Of a stretch of DNA of 54,165 bases, positions 1 through 9,292 are shown one piece after another. Position numbers and translations under genes: made by a program. A model generated the notes under the pieces. The model was not told where the DNA came from and did not search any database. It was given only the letters and a program-made list of their open reading frames with translations. Source of the stretch: Archangiaceae bacterium (GTDB taxonomy: Bacteria > Myxococcota > Myxococcia > Myxococcales > Myxococcaceae). The first letter of the stretch is position 1. Each line of letters begins with the position of its first letter. The stretch is from the NCBI GenBank assembly GCA_043750125.1, contig JAYVCD010000051.1:1-54165 (forward strand). Direction: 5' to 3'.

Positions 1-1633
1 CCTGCCACTGTCCGTAGACCCGCTCGAGGTCGGCCAACGTCCGCGCGCGATCGCGCCCCTCGACCAGCGCCTGGAACCCGTCGGTGGCGTGGTTTCGGGG
101 GTCGACGCCGCGCAGCTCGAAGCGCGCCACCAGATCGGGGCGCAGCGCCTGGTGGGCGAAGAGCAGGTGGCTGTCGTCGAAGAAGATGGGCCGATACACC
201 TTCTGCGCGGCGACCTTGGCGAGCAGGGCCGTGTTGTTGAGCTCGACGATGATGAACTCGGGCTCGTACTGGGCGAGGAACTGCGAGAGGTCGCCCTGCG
301 TGCCGTGGATGACCGAGGACAAAAAGAGGTCCTCTTCGGTGAAGAAGAACGGGACCTCCATATCCATGAAGGTCAGGTAGGTGGAGGGCAGTGCCCAGTG
401 CAGGTACCCTCCGTAGTCGGGGCGATGGAGCACCTTGCCGCCCCCACCGTGCTGGCCCAGGAACAAGCTGACGCCCACCGGCAGCGGTGACGCAGAAAAG
501 GGAAATTTGGATCGCGAGGTCCAGGTCTGCGCGGCGCTCGAGCCCAGCAGCACTCCTGCCAATGCCACCACCAGGAAGCGACCGCGCTGCACCGGCGTCC
601 ATCGGGTGCGCAGCTCGACCAGCAAAGCGTGGGTGTACGGCAGCCCCAGCAGCGCGAGCTCGGCGAGGAAGCGGTTGCCCTTCGTCATCAGGAAAAAACC
701 TGCGAGCAGCAGCAACAGGTGGCTCGAGCGCACCTGCCTTCGCACCGCGCTGACAACCGCCATCAAGGCGTTGAGCCCGAAGAGCACGGGCGTCACCAGG
801 TTCGACAGCGGGCTGCTCCGGTCGAACGACGAATCCCACAGCACCCAGTCGAGCTGCTTCAGCTCGCGGATGTACTCGGCCGCCCGGGGCGTGAGCATGA
901 AGGGCACGGGCAAAAGCTCGGCGCCATGCGGCGTCATCCACACCGCCACCAATGAGAGCAACAACCAGGGCGCTGGCCCGACTGGCGATCGCGGGCCTTC
1001 GACGCGTCGCTCGCGCCACCGCGTGAGGGCGATTTCGGCGAGGTACGCGAAGCACACCACGTAGAGCACCGGCCACGAGATGCCGTGGAAGTTCATCCAT
1101 GCCACGGCGATCGGGGGGAGCACCCACGCCTTCGCCGGGTGCACCTCGATCACGTAGATGAAGAGCGCAAGGAACAGGTACCCGAAGGCGTGCGGCCGCA
1201 GGTTCGAGTCGCGGTAGAGCAGAACCTCGCTGAGCATCCACAGCACAACGCCCAGCGTCGCCAGCGAGCGCCAGTCTCCGCGCTTGTCGCCCGAGCGCAG
1301 CACCCCGGCAGCCGCCAATAGAGTGCCCACCCCGAGTGCGCAGCGCAGCGCTGCCAGCCCCGCGTAACCGACGACGTCATAGAAGCGGAATGCGACCCAC
1401 TGGAAGAGCCAGAAGTAGTCGACGAAGGTGCGCGTGGGAAAGAGGAACGAGAAGGCGCTGGTGCCCTGCAGCGCGCCCGTTTCCACCAGCAAGCGCCCGC
1501 CGGCAAGGTGGTACCAGAGGTCGGTGTCACCCCTGAAGAGGGGCCGCACCAGCAGGGGCCAGCCGAGGCTCGCCGCGAGCAACGCGACCAGCACGAGCGC
1601 CGTGCCGCGCTGACTGGCGAAAAAGACGCGCAA
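1..1633 (-). CDS. Polytopic membrane protein, GT-C-fold glycosyltransferase-like; runs off the left edge of the window
   Basis: Not in the ORF track because no stop lies in the window. Manual translation from TTG at 1633 (in-frame TGA just upstream) is open to the edge: LRVFFASQRG...GDTDLWYHLAGGR...LRPHAFGYLF...WMNFHG...YGGYLHW, with many hydrophobic segments. Confidence 0.8.
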   Translation of the reverse strand, partial: MRVFFASQRGTALVLVALLAASLGWPLLVRPLFRGDTDLWYHLAGGRLLVETGALQGTSAFSFLFPTRTFVDYFWLFQWVAFRFYDVVGYAGLAALRCALGVGTLLAAAGVLRSGDKRGDWRSLATLGVVLWMLSEVLLYRDSNLRPHAFGYLFLALFIYVIEVHPAKAWVLPPIAVAWMNFHGISWPVLYVVCFAYLAEIALTRWRERRVEGPRSPVGPAPWLLLSLVAVWMTPHGAELLPVPFMLTPRAAEYIRELKQLDWVLWDSSFDRSSPLSNLVTPVLFGLNALMAVVSAVRRQVRSSHLLLLLAGFFLMTKGNRFLAELALLGLPYTHALLVELRTRWTPVQRGRFLVVALAGVLLGSSAAQTWTSRSKFPFSASPLPVGVSLFLGQHGGGGKVLHRPDYGGYLHWALPSTYLTFMDMEVPFFFTEEDLFLSSVIHGTQGDLSQFLAQYEPEFIIVELNNTALLAKVAAQKVYRPIFFDDSHLLFAHQALRPDLVARFELRGVDPRNHATDGFQALVEGRDRARTLADLERVYGQWQ

Positions 1634-1756
1634 TCAAACCCGGATCAACTTCTGCCCGCCCAAATCCGGTCCAGCAGCGACATGCGGTCGGTCGTCGACG
1701 AGGTCCACCATGGGGTGCGGCTTTCTACTGCTCCTCTGCGCGTCTTTCACCCTCAA

Positions 1757-2296
1757 TCAAGTGGCCCACCCCGGGGTGAAATCCACTGAGGGTGATCGGA
1801 CTGCCCCCAGTTTTGCGTTCGAACCGCGCCAGCCCCCGAGGACGAAGGCCAGGTCTTCGTGCTCGAGGTACCCTCCGATGGGCGAATGGTGACCGCTGCC
1901 CCGACCAAACAGCGATGAGCGCGCGAAGTTGGTCACAAAGCGTCGATTCGCATCGTTCGAAGTCCTGAGCTCCGCTCGCAGCTCGTCGACGGTGTGCGGC
2001 CGCACCGCGCGGGCGCGCCACGGAGCGGGCACCACTTAGGCTGCTTCGCTCGCGAGTTGATCGAGGCTCATCGGCCTGAGCCCGAAACCTCGAAGCAGAT
2101 TCCGGGCAGCGCGCACGCCCATCGAGCGAAAGACATTGGCGACGCTGGTGGGACCGCAGATGGACGTGAAGCTCTGGGACAGGAGCGGCGAATACAATTG
2201 GGTCACCGGCAGTGCCCAGGCCTGTTGGAGCAAGTCAGGCCGTTGCCACGTGGGGTTCGACTTGACGGAGGACAACCCAATGGAAGAGCGAAGCAA
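1757..2296 (-). pseudogene. Phytochelatin synthase-family protein, disrupted
   Basis: Two same-frame ORFs (2036-2296, 1757-2035) split by one TAA. Motifs SICGPTSVANV (catalytic Cys) and GHHSPIGGY (catalytic His). Similarity ends at LAFVL, before the expected catalytic Asp. Confidence 0.75.
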
Positions 2297-2493
2297 GGTG
2301 AGGGAGTAACAGCCACCACTCGAGGGCTACGTCGTGGATCCCCGCGCTGCCCCTGATCACCGCGCGCGACATCACCAGCCCCAGCACCCCGCAGCCCACG
2401 GTGACGAAGAAGCGGGGCGCAGTGGATGTTTAACGAAGCGAGGGCCGGGATGAGAGCCATGCAGGTTCAAAGTCCCGCTGGTAGAAGCGGTCG

Positions 2494-3060
2494 GTGAACA
2501 CGATTGAGCTGCGCAGTGACAACGCCGCAGGAGTCGCGCCGGAAATCATGACCGCGATCGTTGCGGCCAACACCGGTTCGGCACTCGCGTACGGAGCAGA
2601 CGCGTGGAGCGAACGACTTCGGGCGCGGGTTGCAGCGGTGTTCGAGAATCCGAAAGTCGCGGTCTTTCCCGTCAGCAGCGGAACTGCCGCGAACGCACTT
2701 TCCCTTTCGGCCCTGTGCCCGCCCTGGGGTTCGGTGCTCTGCCATGAGTCGGCGCACATCATCGTGAACGAAGCCGGCGCCACGTCGATGTTTACCGGCG
2801 GCGCCGTGATGAAGGGGTTGCCCGGTGCTGGATACCGGATCAGCCCGGAGAGCCTCGAGCAGGCCTTCGGCTCGACGCACTGGGGAGATCCCCACCATTC
2901 GCAGCCGGCGGTGCTCTCACTGACCCAGACCACCGATGGAGGAAGTCTGTTGTTTTACCGGACGGGCAGCGACGAAGTCCGGTTCGTGACCAGCTTTCAG
3001 ACCACCCACGCCGATGTCGATGAGGCGCTGAAGAGAATTGCGGCTGGACTCGGTCGATGA
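2494..3060 (+). pseudogene. ltaE: Low-specificity threonine aldolase family, large in-frame internal deletion
   Basis: N-terminus LRSDN...YGAD...SGTAAN...HESAHI..E.GA and C-terminal VRFVTSF.T..ADVD are present, but the ORF is only 188 aa and lacks the HxDGAR/PLP-Lys region. Confidence 0.8.
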
Positions 3061-3388
3061 TCTGCCGCCGCGCAGCAACGAACGCGTCGCTGTTGCTGCT
3101 CGCAGTCGACACGAGCCGAAGGGGTCCCCCGCTCCGTGCGTTGCAGCGATGGACGCGATGCTTCAGGCCAGCGGCACGCGCTACACGATGCTGCTCGTCG
3201 GCCACGTCCACAACTGCGCCCCTTCGGGCAAACAACTGCTCGAAGGGTGCGGGGGTGCCCCGCTGACTGGAAGTGCGAACTTCGGATTCGCCACGGTTGA
3301 GCAGAGCCTGGCCGGAGGGGTTCGCGTTCGCCAATACGACAGCACCACGAAAAAGGTCGTGAGCCCCTACCCCCTGCCTGCCAATTGA
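3057..3388 (+). pseudogene. Metallophosphoesterase remnant (signal-like start joined out of frame to a C-terminal part)
   Basis: The 3038 frame carries RHEP...LLVGHVHN...GGAPL (GHxH motif); the 3057 frame carries only a short hydrophobic start. Confidence 0.45.
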
Positions 3389-3395
3389 GACGGCG

Positions 3396-3707
3396 ATGAC
3401 CCGCGGTCGTGTTCGGTGGAGCGTGGTGATCTTGTTCGGACTGGCCGGCTGCAAGTGTCCGAGCCCGACCGTGGCGTCTTCGGTGCCAGGCTGTGTGCCG
3501 AAGATCCTGGTTGCGCATCGGGGAACACCGACGGTCGATGGGGAAGACGAAGAGTGGGCGGTCGAGCTGAAGGTGCCGTGGAAACGGTTGGGGTCCACCG
3601 GCAGACCCACTCAGCTTCCGGTGAACTTCAGCCGACTGGAAACGCTGGACGGCGAGCGCTTGAGAGAAGTCTGGAGCCGAACCTGCGGCGCCATTCACCT
3701 CGAGTAG
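3396..3707 (+). pseudogene. Short lipoprotein with a CBM9/DOMON-like fragment, probably internally deleted
   Basis: Lipobox LAGC; PTVDG joined directly to WAVELKVPW...VNFSR, much shorter than a full domain. Confidence 0.4.
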
Positions 3708-3713
3708 CGTGGG

Positions 3714-4088
3714 TCAATGTGCCGAGGCTGCAAGCATTTTCTTCAGCTCGCCCGTCTCGTGCAGTTTCCTCAGGTCGCTGCCTCCGCCGATGAAGGTGCC
3801 GTTGATGAAGATCAACGGAAAGGTGGACCAGCCGACCCAGATCTTCAGGGCCAGCCGGCGTCGCCACCCCGACAGGTAGCTGCCGTACTCGAGGTATTGA
3901 TAGGGAATCTTCTGCGCATCGAGCAGCTCGCAGGCGCGCTTGCCGGCGGTCAACCAGGCGACTCCGACCACCACCACCTTGTGGGTTGCGACCGCCTTTG
4001 CGACTTCCTCGACCAGGTCGGCCTGGTAGGCCTGCTGCGCTGAGATGATCGCGGGGTGAATGGGCGGGCGGGGTGGGAGCTGGAGCAT
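3714..4088 (-). CDS. Glutaredoxin-like protein
   Basis: WSTFPLIFINGTFIGGGSDL glutaredoxin motif; YLEYGSYLSGWRRRLALK; ATG at 4088 chosen as start. Confidence 0.8.
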   Translation of the reverse strand: MLQLPPRPPIHPAIISAQQAYQADLVEEVAKAVATHKVVVVGVAWLTAGKRACELLDAQKIPYQYLEYGSYLSGWRRRLALKIWVGWSTFPLIFINGTFIGGGSDLRKLHETGELKKMLAASAH

Positions 4089-4211
4089 GGGTGGGCGCAA
4101 GGTAGCGCCGCGGACCTGGCCGCGCACAACGATTTGCGAAAGGTCAGCGGGTGCCAACCGTGTCAGCAGGACGGTTCCCCGCGGCCGCCCGGGACAGATA
4201 TCTTCCCGGGT

Positions 4212-5279
4212 ATGAGCCCACCTCTGGGATCCACGGCGGCCCGAGCGCAGGTGGGCGCGAATGCGAAAGCTCCCGAGGGCTCGGTCGCCACGGTGCTGGT
4301 CGCGTTGATGTCGAACTGCTTCGTGACCGCGATCAAGTTCTGCGCCTTTTTCGTCTCTGGGTCCGGCTCGATGCTTTCAGAAGCGGTTCACAGCCTTGCT
4401 GACACGGGAAATCAGCTGCTGCTCTTCATCGGGCTCAAGCGCGCTGAGCGGGCGCGTGACGACGAGTTTCAGTACGGCTACGGGGGCGAGCGCTTCATCT
4501 TCGGAATGCTCTCGGCCGCCGGAATCTTCTTCGTTGGTTCCGGCGTCACCATCTACCACGGGGCCCGCGGTTTGATGGCTCCCCACCTGCCCGAGATTGG
4601 GCTCGTCACCTTCGTGGTGTTGGGCCTGTCGTTCCTCGTCGAAGGCAGCTCGCTGCTCTACGCACTGATTCCCGCTCTGAAGAAGAGCAAGGGAATGTCC
4701 TTGGGGAAATACCTCAAGGTGAAGGCCGACCCCGCGACGTTAGCGGTGCTGTTGGAAGACGGAGCTGCCGTCCTCGGGCTGCTGGTCGCGACCGCCGGAG
4801 TCACCCTCGCCTACTACACCCAGAGCGGGATCTGGGACGCCGTCGGTTCCATTCTGATCGGCGCGTTGCTGGGCGTAGTGGCGGTGGTGCTGGTCATTCA
4901 AAACCGGGATCATCTGCTCGGGAAAGCGGTGCCCGAAGGCGTAGAGGACAAGTTTGCTGAAATCCTCCGAGCCCGCCCGAGCATCAAGAACGTGCGCGAC
5001 ATCAAGACGCGACAGATCACTCCCGAGGTCTTTCAGCTCAAAGCAGAGATCGTCTTCTCGGAAGTTTTCCTGGCTCAGAAGCTGGACTCGGCGCTTCCGC
5101 ACGAGGCCGCGACGTTCGACGGCGCCGGGCGCGAACGGGTGCTCCTGCTGTTGGCCGCTTGTGCGGCGCGCAGCATCGGAGAGGAAATCGATGCGATCGA
5201 GGCCGTGGTGCGCGCCGTCATTCCAGAGGCCAGGCACATCGACCTCGAAGTCGACCGGGGCGTCGTCCGAGGGATGTAG
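4212..5279 (+). CDS. Cation diffusion facilitator (CDF) family transporter
   Basis: SEAVHSLADTGNQ, YGYGGERF, LLEDGAA motifs; TM helices plus a C-terminal cytosolic domain. Confidence 0.92.
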   Translation: MSPPLGSTAARAQVGANAKAPEGSVATVLVALMSNCFVTAIKFCAFFVSGSGSMLSEAVHSLADTGNQLLLFIGLKRAERARDDEFQYGYGGERFIFGMLSAAGIFFVGSGVTIYHGARGLMAPHLPEIGLVTFVVLGLSFLVEGSSLLYALIPALKKSKGMSLGKYLKVKADPATLAVLLEDGAAVLGLLVATAGVTLAYYTQSGIWDAVGSILIGALLGVVAVVLVIQNRDHLLGKAVPEGVEDKFAEILRARPSIKNVRDIKTRQITPEVFQLKAEIVFSEVFLAQKLDSALPHEAATFDGAGRERVLLLLAACAARSIGEEIDAIEAVVRAVIPEARHIDLEVDRGVVRGM

Positions 5280-5292
5280 ATATCTTGCCGGC

Positions 5293-5835
5293 GTGACCAA
5301 ACAACGGCTCGAAGCTTTCAGCGACGGAGTCGTCGCGATCCTGATCACGATCATGGTGTTGGAGCTGAAGGTTCCCCACGGCGATGGCTGGAATGATCTG
5401 CGGCCGGTGGTCCCCGTCTTCCTCTCGTATGTCCTGAGCTTCGTGTTCCTGGGGATCTACTGGAACAACCACCACCACATGCTGCACGCGACCAGGTCGA
5501 TCAACGGCACCATCCTCTGGGCGAACCTGCACTTGATGTTCTGGCTGTCGCTGGTCCCGTTCGTCACCCAGTGGTCCGGCGAGAATCACTTCTCGGCCTT
5601 GCCGCTGGCTGCATACGGCGCGGTGCTGCTGCTGGCGGCCATTGCCTACACATTGCTGCAGAAGGCGATCATCGCCCACGAAGGGCCGCACTCGCCGCTG
5701 AAGAAGGCGGTGGGAAAGGACACCAAGGGCAAGATTTCCGGGCTGCTGTACGCGATTGCGATCCCGATGGCCTGGTGCCGGACCGCCGCATCGAGCGCGG
5801 AACCGTTACCGGCCCACCCCATTGAGAATGGGTAA
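5293..5835 (+). CDS. TMEM175 (DUF1211) family K+ channel, C-terminus apparently damaged
   Basis: RLEAFSDGVVAILITIMVLELKVP and YWNNHHH signatures; the family-like tail LVPDRRIER lies in another frame near 5772-5800. Confidence 0.85.
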   Translation: MTKQRLEAFSDGVVAILITIMVLELKVPHGDGWNDLRPVVPVFLSYVLSFVFLGIYWNNHHHMLHATRSINGTILWANLHLMFWLSLVPFVTQWSGENHFSALPLAAYGAVLLLAAIAYTLLQKAIIAHEGPHSPLKKAVGKDTKGKISGLLYAIAIPMAWCRTAASSAEPLPAHPIENG

Positions 5836-5980
5836 CCGTGTGCCAGTGCCACGTGCGAACCAGCCATTGACGCCCGCGGGCCCTTCGAATACGAACACTG
5901 CAGAAAGGTAGAGGTGTTTGGGCCGGTTGGAATTTTCCGACCGGCCATTTTTTTTCTGGGCTCTTTTTCCAATAGGGCGA

Positions 5981-6124
5981 ATGACTCCTCGAAAGTTCTC
6001 GAGCGACGTGGCCTTCACCCCTGCCGTGAAAGAGGTTCAGCTTCGCAAGGGCTCTCGGGCGATTTACGCGCGGGTCGAAGCAGGCGGAGAGTGGCAGACC
6101 CGGTTGGGGCGCCTGCCCCGCTGA
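5981..6124 (+). pseudogene. N-terminal remnant of a pyridoxamine 5'-phosphate oxidase-family protein
   Basis: MTPRKFSSDVAFTPAVKEVQLRKGSRAIYARVE resembles that family's N-terminus; stops after 47 aa. Confidence 0.6.
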
Positions 6125-6132
6125 ACCGTTTT

Positions 6133-8592
6133 TCAGCTTTTGATCTTCTTGCTCAGCGGGTCGTAGAGGGGCTTGAGCGAGGCGATCGCCGGGAACAGCT
6201 TGCCGCCGATGTCGACTTCCCAGCGACCGGCGTCGAGGTAGGCCTGATCCACCGGCTCGCCCGCCTCGACCATCATCAAGCCGACGGCTCCACCGAGGCT
6301 GAAGCCGTAGGACGCCGCGCGAATGTAGCCGACCGGCTTGCCGTTTCGTCGGACGACTTCGGCGTGGAACAGCAGCGGCTGCGGATCCTTGACGAGGATC
6401 TGAACGATTCGACGGGTGAGCGGGCCGAGGGCTTTTTTGGCTACCACCGCATCCTTCCCGAGGAACCCGCCGGGCTTCTGCAGATCGACGGCGAACCCCA
6501 ACCCTGCTTCGAGCACCGAGTCGGTGTTGTCGATGTCGTGTCCGTAGTCGCGGTAGCCCTTTTCCATGCGAAGGCTGGCCAGCGCCTTGAGCCCGGCGTG
6601 GCGCATTCCCACTTTCTGCCCTGCTTCGGTCAGGCGCTCGTAGACGTGAAGGCTCTGCTCGGTGGGGACATACAGCTCGTAGCCGAGCTCGCCCAGGTAG
6701 GTGATTCGAATGCAGAGGGCGCGGGCGAAGCCGATGTCGAGCTCACGCGCGGTTCGAAACGGAAAGGCCTCGTTCGACAAGTCGGCGCTGGTGATCGACT
6801 GCATCAGCTCGCGCGAGCGCGGCCCCTGGACGTTGATCTGCGCGAAGCCCGACGTCACATCGGTGACAAACGCGTGAGCGTCATCGGGAATGTGTCGCTT
6901 CATCCACGTCTCGACGTGTCGGTGCATCGTGTCGGTCGCGACCACCCAGTACTTCTCGTCGTTCAATTTGGTGACGGTGAGATCGGCCTCCAGCTTTCCG
7001 CCCTCGTTGAGCCATTGGGTGTAGGTGATGATTCCAGAGGGCCCATCGACGTTGTTGGCCGACAAGTGGTTGAGCAGCCGGCCCGCATCTCGGCCCTGCA
7101 CGATGAACTTCGACATGAAGGACATGTCCATCAAGATGACGCCTGATCGCGCAGCCTCATGCTCGGCCTGCCAGTAGGCAAACCAGCTCTGCCGGCCCCA
7201 CGAGAGCGCCTCGGCCTTCGGCTCGATTCCACGCGGCGCATACCAGTCGGCGCCTTCCCACCCGCTCACGTCTTTGAAGAACGCGCCGTGGGCCGCCAGC
7301 CGTTCGTGCAGCGCAGAGCGTTTCGCGCCTCGGGCGGTGAGCATCGAGCGGTTGGGGTAATGGCACATGTAGACCATGCCCAGAGACTCGACGGTGCGGG
7401 TGCGGCGGTACTCGGGGTTGGCCTGGTAGGTATGAAGCCTGTCGATGTTGAAGCCCGTGACGTCTACGTCCGGGCGGCCGTTGATGATCCAGTGCGCCAT
7501 GACCCGACCGAGCCCGCCTCCGGTGAGAATGCCGACTGAATTGAGGCCGGCGGCGACGAAGTAGTTCTTCAGCTCAGGTGCCTCGCCGACGATGGGCTGA
7601 AGGTCCGGGGTGAAGCTCTCGGGGCCGCAGAAGAACTTTCGAACCCCGGCGTCGATCGAGATCGGCACCCGCTTCATCGCCTTCTCGACGTACGGCCCCA
7701 TCCGGTCCCAGTCTGGAGTGATCTCTCCAAAGGAAAAGTCGTCGGGCACCCCTCCGACTTTCCACGGGGCGCAGATCGGCTCGAACAGCCCCAGCATCAG
7801 CCCGCCGCCTTCTTCGCGGAAGTACCCGTGGGACTCGGGGTCCTCGAGCACCGGCAACGCCGAGGTGAGCCCCGCGATCTTGTCGGTGATGAGGTAGTAG
7901 TGCTCGGCGGACTGCAGCGGAATGTTGACCCCCGCCTTCGCGCCGAACTGCCGGGCCCACATTCCCGCGCAGTTGACGACGACCTCGGCCTCGATGTTTC
8001 CGTGGTCGGTGGTGACTCCGGTGACGATGCCGCGCTTTTGCAGGACGCCGGTGACGGCGACGCCTTCGATCAGGGTCGCTCCCTTCAGGCGGGCGCCTTT
8101 GGCCATCGACATCGTCACGTCCACCGGGTTCACCCGGCCGTCTTCCTTCACGTAGAAGCCGGCGAGGACGTCGTCGGTGCGCGCCAGCGGGAACAGGTCT
8201 TTGACCTGCGCCGCTGAGATCTCGTGAACGTCGACGCCGCAGTAGCGATTGAACGCCGAGACGCGCCGGTATTCCTCGAGCCGGTCGGGCTCGGCGGCGA
8301 GCTCGATGAAGCCCACCGGCATGAAGCCCGTCGCAAGCCCGGTCTCGGCCTCGAGCCGGCTGTAGAGATCTCGGGTGTACTTGCGCATCTCGGTCGAGGT
8401 TTCCGACGTCGAGCCGAACGTCACCATCAGCCCCGCGGCGTGCCAGGTGGTGCCCGAGGTGAGGCGATCGCGCTCGAGCAGCACGACGTCTTTCCAACCC
8501 ATGTGAGCCAGGTGGTAGGCGACCGAGGTGCCGATGATGCCGCCCCCGACGACGACGACGCGGGTTCGCTTGGGGAGGACCGGTGGTGACAT
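6133..8592 (-). CDS. GcvT-family FAD-dependent oxidoreductase (dimethylglycine/sarcosine dehydrogenase-like)
   Basis: VVVVGGGIIG FAD motif, TSGTTWHAAG, GPESFTPD, C-terminal GcvT folate-binding domain (ITYLGELGYELY, SLRMEKGYR). Confidence 0.95.
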   Translation of the reverse strand: MSPPVLPKRTRVVVVGGGIIGTSVAYHLAHMGWKDVVLLERDRLTSGTTWHAAGLMVTFGSTSETSTEMRKYTRDLYSRLEAETGLATGFMPVGFIELAAEPDRLEEYRRVSAFNRYCGVDVHEISAAQVKDLFPLARTDDVLAGFYVKEDGRVNPVDVTMSMAKGARLKGATLIEGVAVTGVLQKRGIVTGVTTDHGNIEAEVVVNCAGMWARQFGAKAGVNIPLQSAEHYYLITDKIAGLTSALPVLEDPESHGYFREEGGGLMLGLFEPICAPWKVGGVPDDFSFGEITPDWDRMGPYVEKAMKRVPISIDAGVRKFFCGPESFTPDLQPIVGEAPELKNYFVAAGLNSVGILTGGGLGRVMAHWIINGRPDVDVTGFNIDRLHTYQANPEYRRTRTVESLGMVYMCHYPNRSMLTARGAKRSALHERLAAHGAFFKDVSGWEGADWYAPRGIEPKAEALSWGRQSWFAYWQAEHEAARSGVILMDMSFMSKFIVQGRDAGRLLNHLSANNVDGPSGIITYTQWLNEGGKLEADLTVTKLNDEKYWVVATDTMHRHVETWMKRHIPDDAHAFVTDVTSGFAQINVQGPRSRELMQSITSADLSNEAFPFRTARELDIGFARALCIRITYLGELGYELYVPTEQSLHVYERLTEAGQKVGMRHAGLKALASLRMEKGYRDYGHDIDNTDSVLEAGLGFAVDLQKPGGFLGKDAVVAKKALGPLTRRIVQILVKDPQPLLFHAEVVRRNGKPVGYIRAASYGFSLGGAVGLMMVEAGEPVDQAYLDAGRWEVDIGGKLFPAIASLKPLYDPLSKKIKS

Positions 8593-8670
8593 GGCGCCAA
8601 GATATCCAAAGCGCACAGTTCTGGGGTCTGCGCTGACGCTTCAGCCCCGTCTGCCGAGCTCAGCGCAGCA

Positions 8671-9276
8671 CTACTTCGAGCCGCCTTTCGGGTACTGAAG
8701 TTTTGCCCGCTGGAAGGTGGCGAAGAACCCAAAACCCTTTTGTCCGGCTAGGGTCGCGACGAACGCGGCGAGTTTTTCAGACGAGTCGGTCAGCATCAAC
8801 GGCGAATCCTTCGAGCTGAATCCGAGGAGCGTGCCGGCCTTGACCGCGACCCCCGCTGCGCTGTCGTCCATCTCCCAGAGGGCAAGTGAGCCGTCTTTGG
8901 CGATCTCGTAACGCACGAAAATGTAGGTGTCCGAGAGCTTGGGGCGTTCGGCATATTCGCCCTCGAAGGACTTGGCGCGCAGGTTCCAGTACTTCTTCCC
9001 GTCGATCGCGGAAGGAAATCCTTCGAAGGTGAGCACCACCGCGCCCTGCTTCTCGTCGTGGCCGACCAACACCACGTCGAAGACGGCACGCTCGCGCGGG
9101 AAGATTGAGAGCGTCGCTTCCGTGCCTTCGGTGCCCACCCGCCCCGTCCACACGCCGGCGAGGCGGGAATCGACGAGGGCGGTGTTTGGATCTGTCAGCG
9201 GGTTCTTCGACTTCGGAGGGTCACACGACGCGAGGACCGCCAGGCCACCGAACAACGCGAGAGAACGGAGGTTCAT
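8671..9276 (-). CDS. Hypothetical lipoprotein
   Basis: MNLRSLALFGGLAVLAS-C lipoprotein signal; co-oriented with its neighbours. Confidence 0.7.
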   Translation of the reverse strand: MNLRSLALFGGLAVLASCDPPKSKNPLTDPNTALVDSRLAGVWTGRVGTEGTEATLSIFPRERAVFDVVLVGHDEKQGAVVLTFEGFPSAIDGKKYWNLRAKSFEGEYAERPKLSDTYIFVRYEIAKDGSLALWEMDDSAAGVAVKAGTLLGFSSKDSPLMLTDSSEKLAAFVATLAGQKGFGFFATFQRAKLQYPKGGSK

Positions 9277-9292
9277 TGGGGCGCTCGTAACA

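Noticed and set aside
2036-2038. Programmed stop-codon readthrough in the phytochelatin synthase-like gene
   Set aside because: TAA is not a Sec/Pyl codon and the gene has a second lesion removing the catalytic Asp.
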